Positions 16,562 through 25,009 of a DNA stretch of 64,000 nt are shown piece after piece. Every line of letters starts with the position of its first letter. Within the stretch, counting starts at the first letter, position 1. The position numbers and the translations under genes were made by a program. The DNA comes from a virus. Under the pieces are notes generated by a model. The model saw nothing but the letters and a program-made list of their open reading frames with translations, had not been told where the DNA came from and did not search any database. Location of the stretch: the IMG/VR virus record IMGVR_UViG_3300025132_007963, positions 1 to 64,000 of that record. The stretch is one strand, 5' to 3'.

Positions 16562-16635
16562 ATAATACAAAATCTCATGATCAAAATCAAGAAAAAAATA
16601 AAAAATCGTAAAAGTTTAATAATTTCAAGGGTTTA
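16562..16635 (-). promoter_or_regulatory. Early promoter cassette (27-bp class)
   Basis: TTGATT(16585-90)-17-TATTAT; AAAAATCGTAAAAG; AATAATTTCAAGGGTTTA at 16618-16635. Confidence 0.85.
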
Positions 16636-16810
16636 CAACTTCTGAAATAACAGACCACATAGTTTCCGTCAGTTCGCATGCGGAGCCCAAAGATAAGTCA
16701 TACCTCTGATCTCCTAAGACCAAAGTAATATCATTATCGCTCTCGTATATTTGTACAAGAATCATATCTCCGGATGTAGTTGTTATATATAGCTCTTCAG
16801 TTTCTTTCAT
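16625..16810 (-). CDS. Hypothetical acidic protein (start MKETEEL)
   Basis: SD AGGAG; ends inside the motif. Confidence 0.55.
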   Translation of the reverse strand: MKETEELYITTTSGDMILVQIYESDNDITLVLGDQRYDLSLGSACELTETMWSVISEVVNP

Positions 16811-16811
16811 C

Positions 16812-16997
16812 TTATCTCCTACAGTGTTCGTAAAGTATCTTATAAACCCTTGCATTTTCTTTTTCTAAAAGAGATGCATATTTATGCAATAATTTAACTT
16901 CATGAAGTATTGCACCCCTCTCTACCTTTTGACCCGCAGCAAAGCCGCAAACAAATATGACAACACTCAATATTATAATTGTAAGTTTATCTCTCAT
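16812..16997 (-). CDS. Small membrane-anchored coiled-coil protein
   Basis: N-terminal TM helix. Confidence 0.55.
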   Translation of the reverse strand: MRDKLTIIILSVVIFVCGFAAGQKVERGAILHEVKLLHKYASLLEKENARVYKILYEHCRR

Positions 16998-17007
16998 AAA
17001 TTTTTAG

Positions 17008-17090
17008 TAGGGATAGAGGGAATCGAACCCACAAGACCTATGGTCGGGAGATTTTAAGTCTCCTGCGTTTACCTATTTCGCCATATCCCC
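17008..17090 (-). tRNA. tRNA-Leu(UAA)
   Basis: GGGGATA/TATCCCT acceptor, GGAGA-CTTAAAA-TCTCC anticodon arm, long variable arm; no CCA. Confidence 0.95.
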
Positions 17091-17626
17091 ACAATTTTAT
17101 TGTAGTGCTCATAACAAAGTGGTTCATATTCTTCACTACCACCAACTTCAATCTGCCTCTGACTCTCTGACTTTCTTCTCGTATAGAACGCATCGGCCCC
17201 ACACTCACAGCAAACAGCAGGGCAAATCTCAATTTGCGTTGCATAAGGCAACAAATCTCTTATCTCTGGCAAGGGCTTTGGCTCAGAGGACAACTGCAAA
17301 CTAGAAACTAAAATTGTTTTTCCAGAAGCAAATAGCTTAAGCAAGGCCTTGGCAGCATATTCGATCATAAATACCTCATCAACTGCAATTACATCTGCAT
17401 CGCCGGCGTACTCTAAGATGTCTAAACCATTGTGAACAAGAGTGCAATCGTGGGTTTGTCCAGAATGAGTGACGACAGTTTTAGAGGAGTATCTATTATC
17501 AATTTTAGGCTTAAATAATTTTACTTTTTTATTTTGATACTTGTATCTTTCTAATGCCGCTAATAATTTTGTAGTTTTTCCACCAAACATTGGGCCAGTG
17601 AAGATTTTAAGCTCTGAGTTTTTCAA
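17069..17626 (-). CDS. tdk: Thymidine kinase
   Basis: GPMFGGKTT, IAVDE, CxxC, IEVGG...YEPLC..H. Confidence 0.93.
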   Translation of the reverse strand: MKNSELKIFTGPMFGGKTTKLLAALERYKYQNKKVKLFKPKIDNRYSSKTVVTHSGQTHDCTLVHNGLDILEYAGDADVIAVDEVFMIEYAAKALLKLFASGKTILVSSLQLSSEPKPLPEIRDLLPYATQIEICPAVCCECGADAFYTRRKSESQRQIEVGGSEEYEPLCYEHYNKIVGIWRNR

Positions 17627-17784
17627 TTTTTGTTCTTTTCAATTCCGTTAGTTTCTTTAATTATTGCATCAACAAGGTGTTTTGTCAACTTTTTTCTATC
17701 CTCCTCTATCAAAAAGGGGGCATAATTTTTCAAAACTCTTTCTACTGTAAATTTTAATTTTAATCTCAAATTAAACTCCTCCAA

Positions 17785-18249
17785 TCATGGTAATTTTGTC
17801 TTTTTTCCTTTTGGTTTTATCTTAAAATTTGGCTTATAAGAAGTCTTTTTTTGGGGCGTGCTAAAATTAAAAGAAAATAAACCATTATTCATATAATAAT
17901 CATCATCGTAGAAATCCCCGTCGTCATCAAAAATTGTTTTTTCTTCGCCAATAAAAGAATAATATTCGTCATGTATCTCTATCAATGATATTGCTTCAGA
18001 GAGCATATAGCTGGGGTCGCCAGATTGATAAACTCTTAATTTATATCCATCAGTGAATGTAAGTGTAGGATCTGAATTTTTAAATTTATCATCCATCACA
18101 AACTCCATGGCTGTTTTTGTTTTTTGTATTGTTCGCGCTCCTGATCTTCTTTTTTCTATGTCATAGAATTTAAATTTGCCATCTTCATCACACTCTTTAA
18201 AGATTCTCTCTCCCTCTGAAATAAAAGAGATTTTTTGAATTGTTTTCAT
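17785..18249 (-). CDS. Hypothetical protein
   Basis: 154-aa ORF with SD GGAG. Confidence 0.6.
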   Translation of the reverse strand: MKTIQKISFISEGERIFKECDEDGKFKFYDIEKRRSGARTIQKTKTAMEFVMDDKFKNSDPTLTFTDGYKLRVYQSGDPSYMLSEAISLIEIHDEYYSFIGEEKTIFDDDGDFYDDDYYMNNGLFSFNFSTPQKKTSYKPNFKIKPKGKKTKLP

Positions 18250-18276
18250 TGCAAGCTCTCCAAAAATTATGTTGTT

Positions 18277-18495
18277 TCAACTAAATTTAACTATCTCTCT
18301 CTCAGAAACCCACCAATGATCATCTAGCGATTGAAAATAAACTTGATGAGTAAGTCCAGATGGCCATGGATTTTTATCAACTTTTACCAATAAACCTATT
18401 GAACCCTCTTCTAAATAGACAATTGGACTAAATGCAGTTGTAACATTTGTACTAGCGATTGATTGACAAACCTTTACCAAGTCTCCAATCTTCAA
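18277..18495 (-). CDS. KOW/SH3-like mini-protein
   Basis: KIGDLVKV...GLLV...VYF. Confidence 0.7.
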   Translation of the reverse strand: MKIGDLVKVCQSIASTNVTTAFSPIVYLEEGSIGLLVKVDKNPWPSGLTHQVYFQSLDDHWWVSEREIVKFS

Positions 18496-18680
18496 TTTAG
18501 TTTCACCAAATCCTTAAACTCTACTTTCTTTACATCGCTAGTATTATTAAATTTAAGAAACCATCGGACGGATGCTCTTCCCACTAGCGTGTGAATTTTT
18601 GTAATTATACCAATCATTTGATTGTGCGGTATATCCACATGCACCACAAGGTCTCCCAACTTAAAATTATCCTCTAACAT
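18492..18680 (-). CDS. KOW/SH3-like mini-protein
   Basis: KLGDLVVH...GIIT...VRW. Confidence 0.7.
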   Translation of the reverse strand: MLEDNFKLGDLVVHVDIPHNQMIGIITKIHTLVGRASVRWFLKFNNTSDVKKVEFKDLVKLN

Positions 18681-18687
18681 TTAAAAG

Positions 18688-18761
18688 CGCCCTCGGCACG
18701 ATTCGAACGTGCGACCTGCGGTTTAGAAGACCGATGCTCTATCCAGCTGAGCTACGAGGGC
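18688..18761 (-). tRNA. tRNA-Arg(UCU)
   Basis: GCCCTCG/CGAGGGC acceptor, anticodon loop CTTCTAA, TTCGA T-loop; no CCA. Confidence 0.95.
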
Positions 18762-18814
18762 TTATTTTTAAATTATGGCACAAACCTTATAAAAATGCAA
18801 GAGAATACTTAGGT

Positions 18815-19108
18815 TTAAACTAACAATATTCTCCTAACCCATCGGTGATATATCCAGCCGCGAGTATCTGAAACTCTGTCTCTCGGTATCCATTTTTTCT
18901 CAAAAAACTTTTCGTATCTGGTTCCTGGTATCATATGCACTAAGATTTTTCTGTCCTCTATTAGAACGTCCAAATCATTGTCTATCTTTAGTACTATGCC
19001 CATCCATTCTTTACCGTATAGCACGTGATTAATAAGCTCACCTATTTTCAGTAGGGACGTCTCCTTTGCCCAGGGATAAGTTACTTTTTTGCTTTTGTAT
19101 ATCTCCAT
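18815..19108 (-). CDS. KOW/SH3-like protein
   Basis: KIGELIN...GIVLK...VHM. Confidence 0.55.
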   Translation of the reverse strand: MEIYKSKKVTYPWAKETSLLKIGELINHVLYGKEWMGIVLKIDNDLDVLIEDRKILVHMIPGTRYEKFFEKKWIPRDRVSDTRGWIYHRWVRRILLV

Positions 19109-19313
19109 GGGCTATCTCCGCTACTATACCTAAAGTAACTAGGCATGCTGCCCACACAATCGCAACCCACATGAGAAATTTATTATTCATTTTTTATAAT
19201 TTTTTGACAATTTGCATCTTTCTTCTTTGTTTTGCTTTCTTCAAAAGTATTTTTTGCTAAAAATATAAACAGCGTTATCAGCCCAGCAAGCGCATATAGT
19301 CTTAGATTTTCCC

Positions 19314-19916
19314 TCACTCGATACACTCGTATGATGTAACGGAAACCATTGTAGAAAGAAGATACTTATAGCGAGATGCTAAATCGCCTCGATGACGAGA
19401 TTCAGCATCTTTTAATAAGAGCTGTAATTTTTTAAATGAAAGTTCAGAATTGATATAAAACTCAACGGCATTGAATATAGCTTGCACCGCTGCTGAGACT
19501 ATTGATGGCTTCGAGCTTCTAAAGGATACTGATCTTTTTGAGCAATTAGAAAAGCTAATCTCCACCTCTATATTTGCATCGCTACCAGATTTATCTGCAC
19601 CTGTAAAGTCAGGCTTTACTTTAAAATTTTCAAAAACTATATTTTTTAAAGATGGATATTCTTCTTGGTATTTGTTTATCATACAATTGTAAACTGCATC
19701 GATAACACCTACTCCTCTGCACTCCAGGTTGTGTGTTGTGCTCTGTTCTTTTATAGCCTCTTTGAATTTGCAATAAACGCTTGTTGTTCCGCTAATAAAA
19801 TCCTCATTGAAGGTAACATTATCAATTGAAAACAATAATTGCTCTTCATTTAATATTTCTTTTATTACTTTTTTTGGCTTGAGCCTCTTAACTTCTTCAG
19901 TAGTTTTTAGAGACAT
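19314..19916 (-). CDS. Stand-alone LeuA (2-isopropylmalate synthase) regulatory-domain-like protein
   Basis: GVGVIDA (cf. G.GPVDA), F.V...GSDA..EV, SIVSAAVQA (cf. DI..AS..A). Confidence 0.6.
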   Translation of the reverse strand: MSLKTTEEVKRLKPKKVIKEILNEEQLLFSIDNVTFNEDFISGTTSVYCKFKEAIKEQSTTHNLECRGVGVIDAVYNCMINKYQEEYPSLKNIVFENFKVKPDFTGADKSGSDANIEVEISFSNCSKRSVSFRSSKPSIVSAAVQAIFNAVEFYINSELSFKKLQLLLKDAESRHRGDLASRYKYLLSTMVSVTSYECIE

Positions 19917-19922
19917 ATGATA

Positions 19923-22322
19923 TTATTCTATCCTTTCTAGTGATGTTGAAACTTTAAAAATTCTTTGCACGTTTCTAATTCTCTTAATAGATCTTAAAAT
20001 TTTGGCCTTCGCATCCTCTGGGTTTGAAAATGTCCCCGGATAACTTGGGATAAACTTTACGCTTAAGCCTGCAATGTAGGTTTGCTCTGCAACCTTTCTA
20101 TTAGAGATAGCGACGTTAACAATAGTAACCGTAGGCAATGCGCGTACTTCTGCCAAAATATCGTCAAGGCCTCGTTTCGCGTCTCCTACATCTATAGTAT
20201 ACCCCAGCATGCAATAAAATTTATATATTCCTCGTTGTCTTGGTCTATTTTTTTCCTCCGAGAGTAGGGTAAAGTATTTTTCTATCTCGTTATCAACACT
20301 CTCGCCTAATCCTGTTTGCTTGCTAAACTCTTCTCGGTTTATCAATTCTGTAGCGGTTTCTTTAACGGCTTTGGCAAACATATCTTCATTGTCTTGAATA
20401 AACTTTGCTATGCTGGCTATACCTTGAATGTTCTCGGCGCTTGGCTTTAAGGTCTGCCCTGAAATTTCTCTTCTAACAGGGTTGAGAATGTTAACATTAA
20501 CAAAGAAAGCTAATGCGTGTTCTCCAAGAGCACTTGTTTTTATCTTGATTGCTTTAACAAGCAATTTATATCTAGGAATTGACTTTCTTATAAATGCTTT
20601 AGACGGCAACTCAGGAAGCTCAGGGATTGGCAAGTCTTGTTGCTTTGCTAACTCATCAGCTATTTCTGTAGATACTTCTTCAAGATTACGAAGAGTTCTT
20701 CCAGTATAAGAATTGTTCATACCAGTGACAGCTGCTTTTATATAGTCATCTGATAATTTATCCGGAGCAGTCTCTATCCCGTCTGATATATCTATCAAGA
20801 CATAATCATCTCTATCTGGTAACTTATCAGGACCTATTATCTTTCCGTTATAAACAACGAACTTCTTTTTTAAGACTGCGAATATACCTTCGTGATCATT
20901 ATTGGCAATGGCATAGCCTCCAAGGTCAGATAACAAATGCTCTTCTTTATCTCTAATCTTTTGCTGAGTATCAGAAACAGCAGTGTGCTTCATATACCCC
21001 TCTTTCCTTAAATGGTCTGCTAATACTGACTCTATTTCTATAGCTCGCTCTCTGCTGATACCTAGATTGTAGAGCCAATTATCAAAGCCGTTTGGATTAG
21101 GTTCGTACTCTCTTGATTCTATTCTTAATAAGATACCATCTGATTGAACGTCAACTTCTTCGACGCCATAGTAACTGGCTTCTTGGTCTAAGACTTCTCT
21201 GATATCGTCCATAAACTGTTGCGAATCAGAGCCCCAACTATCTGGCATCTCTTCTTCACCTAATTGGTCATCGTCTATTCTAAAGAAATAATCGCCACCA
21301 AACGAAAGATAGTCACCACCACTGCCGTCGTCCATCACCTCATAGTAAGCGCTAAAACTATCTGGCGGTCTGTTATTCTGTGTCCACTCTTTTAGAATAT
21401 TTTCAGCTTTTATTTCAAAATTGCTTTCTGGTGGTTCTTCTTCTATTATATCTCTTCCATTTTGGATTATATCTGAGTATGCTTCTGCTGCGTCGGGCTG
21501 GTCGATACCTGCTTCAATCATTGCAGTGTATAAGATATCTGGATCGTGTCTATCATCTGATGCGTCGTATGCTTCTTCTACGTCGTATTCAGTATCAATT
21601 GCCGAGGAGTTGCCACCACGCGCAAACACAAGCGCTATTTTATGATAAACATGGTCTTCAGGTAGTTTGTCAATCCTAACCATAACAAAAGCTCTGCCCT
21701 CTTCAGTATATTGTTGGAAGTAGTTTTTTGCTCGCGTTGCTGATATGCACCACCTTGTGTTCCTTCCGAAATAGCAAGATGCCTCTGTGGTATTCGGTCT
21801 AACTGCGAAGACGCCATGATCTTCGTAAACAAAAGTAGAGCCAGCTTTAGCTGCAGCTTTTTCTTTCTCCCTCTTTTCCCGTTCCGTATCTTGCTTTTCA
21901 TATTTGTCAATAATCTCTCGCGCTTTTTTCATATCAAGTCTATAAATATCTTTTTCTTCCATCCTAGCACCGTGTCTTTCCAATGTACGCTGAAAACCGA
22001 AAATAACATTTAATACTTCTTCTGCCTGTGTTATGTTGTTATTATCCGGACTAGGATCTTGAGCATTAACAGGTCCCAGAGTAGCAGCCCTAACAGGACC
22101 CTCTGGGTATATCTTTTCCCACGCTTGCATTGCCCAAAGTAAATACTTAGATACACCCTTTGGACCTAGATTAGTCTCAAGGGTCTGACGGAACAAATCT
22201 AGCCAGCCCAACTCTGTGAGTTGAGGGTATTGTTTCTTTATATCTTTTACTCTTGCTTCTACTAATAATGATAAGTCATCGTACTTGTTTAGATAATCAA
22301 TCCACTTTCTCTGAAATTTCAT
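19923..22322 (-). CDS. Large multidomain hypothetical late protein (start MKFQRKW)
   Basis: ~800 aa; ASCYFG..TRWCIS motif; ACTATTTA upstream at 22345-52. Confidence 0.75.
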   Translation of the reverse strand: MKFQRKWIDYLNKYDDLSLLVEARVKDIKKQYPQLTELGWLDLFRQTLETNLGPKGVSKYLLWAMQAWEKIYPEGPVRAATLGPVNAQDPSPDNNNITQAEEVLNVIFGFQRTLERHGARMEEKDIYRLDMKKAREIIDKYEKQDTEREKREKEKAAAKAGSTFVYEDHGVFAVRPNTTEASCYFGRNTRWCISATRAKNYFQQYTEEGRAFVMVRIDKLPEDHVYHKIALVFARGGNSSAIDTEYDVEEAYDASDDRHDPDILYTAMIEAGIDQPDAAEAYSDIIQNGRDIIEEEPPESNFEIKAENILKEWTQNNRPPDSFSAYYEVMDDGSGGDYLSFGGDYFFRIDDDQLGEEEMPDSWGSDSQQFMDDIREVLDQEASYYGVEEVDVQSDGILLRIESREYEPNPNGFDNWLYNLGISRERAIEIESVLADHLRKEGYMKHTAVSDTQQKIRDKEEHLLSDLGGYAIANNDHEGIFAVLKKKFVVYNGKIIGPDKLPDRDDYVLIDISDGIETAPDKLSDDYIKAAVTGMNNSYTGRTLRNLEEVSTEIADELAKQQDLPIPELPELPSKAFIRKSIPRYKLLVKAIKIKTSALGEHALAFFVNVNILNPVRREISGQTLKPSAENIQGIASIAKFIQDNEDMFAKAVKETATELINREEFSKQTGLGESVDNEIEKYFTLLSEEKNRPRQRGIYKFYCMLGYTIDVGDAKRGLDDILAEVRALPTVTIVNVAISNRKVAEQTYIAGLSVKFIPSYPGTFSNPEDAKAKILRSIKRIRNVQRIFKVSTSLERIE

Positions 22323-22389
22323 AGATAATGACACCTTTTTATAGTAAATAGTAAAGGGGATAGCAAAGTTTCCTTTACTTTTTTAAGAT

Positions 22390-22758
22390 TTATTGACTTT
22401 CTATGGTTAATCCATTTTGACTTAATTGATTTTTTATATCTTTGATTATAAGAAGTGTTTTACCTAACACAACTACATGCTGTCGGTTAACTTTAAAAGC
22501 TAATTTTTCCGGAGACTTTGCATCTGGAGGGACTACGAAAGTTCTATCTAAATAATCTTTTAGTGTTATGTTAGTTGCATACAACTCACAGAACAAAGAG
22601 AACACTTCATCCCCAAAGTTTATTATCCCTTTGAAATAATCTGAAAAGAAACTTTTGATTCTAGATAGATCTCTTTCTGCATTTTCTCTAAAGCTGTCTA
22701 CTTCATCTGGCCTAAGATATATATAATTTGGATTTTCATCGTTTTGATCTGACGACAT
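22390..22758 (-). CDS. Hypothetical protein
   Basis: 122-aa ORF. Confidence 0.6.
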   Translation of the reverse strand: MSSDQNDENPNYIYLRPDEVDSFRENAERDLSRIKSFFSDYFKGIINFGDEVFSLFCELYATNITLKDYLDRTFVVPPDAKSPEKLAFKVNRQHVVVLGKTLLIIKDIKNQLSQNGLTIESQ

Positions 22759-23131
22759 TTTGCCCCTTTCCCCAGAAAAGTTTATTAGTTCTTTTGTCTG
22801 TTATCAGTAAAGCTGATACATACTTTTCACCGCCTCTTTCAACGATGTTCGCTTTATAGAGATCCAAACGACCATACTTTGGAGTGTGTATTCTCCTGGC
22901 ATATTTTTTTCTAGGTGGGGGTTGGTTTAAAGTTTTGATACATGCATCAATAATTTGTTCTTCCTCTTCTAAATTCATGTTAGTCGCTTGGTCAAAATCA
23001 ACATTTATATGCACCCCAACAACCCACTTCTTAGATCCGAATTCTGGAATATCCCAAAAATTTGAATTATGATACCTACCATATCTGCTCTGGGTCTCGT
23101 CAGCAGTTGGCTCTGTCGTATATCTTGGCAT
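22736..23131 (-). CDS. Hypothetical protein (start MPRYTTE)
   Basis: ORF in operon. Confidence 0.6.
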   Translation of the reverse strand: MPRYTTEPTADETQSRYGRYHNSNFWDIPEFGSKKWVVGVHINVDFDQATNMNLEEEEQIIDACIKTLNQPPPRKKYARRIHTPKYGRLDLYKANIVERGGEKYVSALLITDKRTNKLFWGKGQNVVRSKR

Positions 23132-23157
23132 TGGCTTTAGGTCACATGAAAGTCTCA

Positions 23158-23415
23158 TCATTTGTTCACCTTGATTATATTTGATAAGTCACTAAAGCCG
23201 CCTATCAAACTACATTGACCTGTATTCTTATCATTTCTAATAATTATGGGTACAGTAGGGTGATCATAAAATTGTTTTGTATAGTTCAAAAATTGATTAT
23301 CATCGCTTAAATTAAAAAAGACGTACTCTTTGTTTAGAGAATCTAAAGCCTCAGTTGCTAGAGAACAATATGGGCAAGTGCGTGTCCCATAAATAAAGTA
23401 TCTTTCATTAGCCAT
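23158..23415 (-). CDS. grx: Glutaredoxin
   Basis: CPYC active site, TVP, IGGFSDL. Confidence 0.9.
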   Translation of the reverse strand: MANERYFIYGTRTCPYCSLATEALDSLNKEYVFFNLSDDNQFLNYTKQFYDHPTVPIIIRNDKNTGQCSLIGGFSDLSNIIKVNK

Positions 23416-23707
23416 GCAATAAGCCCCTGTCTTTTTTCTGCAAAAGGGTAATTTCCTCTTGTAACTCTGAAGCGTTGCCGACCACAACTATATCAAGGCC
23501 GGCGTTACCTTTATTTAAAGATATCGTACAAAAGCTACTATTAGCCAAGACACCATCTATCTTTCCTTCATACAAACTACTTTGATTTGGCCTAATACAG
23601 ATTATGTGTTTCGGATTTATTAAAACATCTCTAGTTTTAAAATTCATTTTTGCTTGGGATGTTTTAGAAAAATTAGTTTCTCTAAAAATCTCTTTAACTT
23701 TTAACAT
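23408..23707 (-). CDS. Hypothetical protein, weak FlbD-like pattern (INPKHI)
   Basis: Start MLKVKE with SD GAGGAG. Confidence 0.5.
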   Translation of the reverse strand: MLKVKEIFRETNFSKTSQAKMNFKTRDVLINPKHIICIRPNQSSLYEGKIDGVLANSSFCTISLNKGNAGLDIVVVGNASELQEEITLLQKKDRGLLHG

Positions 23708-23919
23708 GCTGTCTCCTCTACTAAATAAGTTTTTCTTCTTAAGACATAACAATCACTACCCTCATATAATATTTTGTAATAGCTTTCATTAAGATCTTTA
23801 TCCGGAAGCATTAAGAACACGCTTGGCTTCTCAAGCATATGAAAACCACTCCAGCTCCCTTGGTCTTCCCCATATAAAACCTGACACTCTGTGGGCACAT
23901 AAACTAGCTTATTTGGCAT
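23701..23919 (-). CDS. Hypothetical protein
   Basis: 72-aa ORF overlapping its neighbours. Confidence 0.5.
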   Translation of the reverse strand: MPNKLVYVPTECQVLYGEDQGSWSGFHMLEKPSVFLMLPDKDLNESYYKILYEGSDCYVLRRKTYLVEETAC

Positions 23920-24211
23920 CTAATGGAGCCTCCTGTGGGGGATCCTGGCCCTCATCTGAGCTAGTGATTGCTCTAAGGTATCCTGAAGCGATTGCTGAAC
24001 AATCTTCTAAAATTATGTCTGATTCCATCATGTGAAACCTGACATCTTCCATCCTCTTGAGGGCTTTCTCCATGGATCGATCTTTAATTTCTTTAAGATT
24101 AGAACATATGCTTAGTGCTGTCTCTAAGTTTTTTTCCGCTCTCAAGATTAATTGATCCATTTCCGCTGGGACGTTTTCTAAGTCCGTAGTGTATGATATC
24201 TTTACTTTCAT
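23909..24211 (-). CDS. Coiled-coil hypothetical protein (MKVKISYT...)
   Basis: ORF coupled to upstream gene. Confidence 0.6.
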   Translation of the reverse strand: MKVKISYTTDLENVPAEMDQLILRAEKNLETALSICSNLKEIKDRSMEKALKRMEDVRFHMMESDIILEDCSAIASGYLRAITSSDEGQDPPQEAPLDAK

Positions 24212-24636
24212 TAAAACCACTCCATATAAGATATTAAAGCATTCTGTCTATGTTTATTCCATCTGTCCTCATCTATTTTTATGGAAAAACACTCTGCTAA
24301 TTTTTTACCGTATTCCCACGCCAACACTTCTTCTCTAATGATATCAGCTCTATGGTTTTTATTGCCTCTAGCCTCTCTGCTATCTTTTATCATGTATGGG
24401 AACTGTGCGCGAAATGAATTATAATCACTTTCATCACATCTTAATATAACATGCCCAGCTTCGTGCAGGAGGGTATGTAAGCGAGAAATATAATTTTGTC
24501 TGGAATTTATTTCTATTCTTTTAGAATCGTAGTAGAAAGCATCGGAATAATCGACGTCATAATGGACCTCGACGCCATACTGTTGCAACACAAAACTTTC
24601 TACAATTTTAAGCTGCTCTTCAATTAACTTCTTCAA
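24211..24636 (-). CDS. Zn-metallopeptidase-like protein (ImmA/IrrE-like)
   Basis: LLHEAGH (HExxH) plus downstream EEVLAW. Confidence 0.65.
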   Translation of the reverse strand: MKKLIEEQLKIVESFVLQQYGVEVHYDVDYSDAFYYDSKRIEINSRQNYISRLHTLLHEAGHVILRCDESDYNSFRAQFPYMIKDSREARGNKNHRADIIREEVLAWEYGKKLAECFSIKIDEDRWNKHRQNALISYMEWF

Positions 24637-24680
24637 TTTAACTCCACTTTCTTATACTGTAACAGAAAAAATGCGCTAAG

Positions 24681-24965
24681 TCAAGTTATAAATTTTATAA
24701 TCATGGCACCCATCAGGCCCAGGGTAGATGTAAAAAGCGTCCATATCAACTTCGAAGATAAAGCTTTCCAAGCTTCAAGTGCTCTGATCCTTGCGTAAAG
24801 GCCTTCATCCGGATTATATACAGCCTCTTTTATTTTGGCTACATCATCTGCTATTTCTTCTTGTTTAATTTTTAATTGTTCAAATTCAATATCAACAACA
24901 GTTAATAATTTATCAACTTTAACTTCCAACTTATTTATCATTTGACCATCAGACATATAATACAC
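24681..24965 (-). CDS. Coiled-coil protein with C-terminal TM helix (holin/XhlA-like topology)
   Basis: RIRALE followed by a hydrophobic C-terminus; CCTATTTA upstream. Confidence 0.55.
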   Translation of the reverse strand: MYYMSDGQMINKLEVKVDKLLTVVDIEFEQLKIKQEEIADDVAKIKEAVYNPDEGLYARIRALEAWKALSSKLIWTLFTSTLGLMGAMIIKFIT

Positions 24966-25009
24966 CTCTTATTTATGGAAGGACGCTAAGCTAAATAGGC
25001 CAAACAATC

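Noticed and set aside
2323-16635. Repeated 18-mers or 24-mers as a CRISPR array
   Set aside because: Spacing is hundreds to thousands of bp and contains genes; no uniform spacers and no cas genes.
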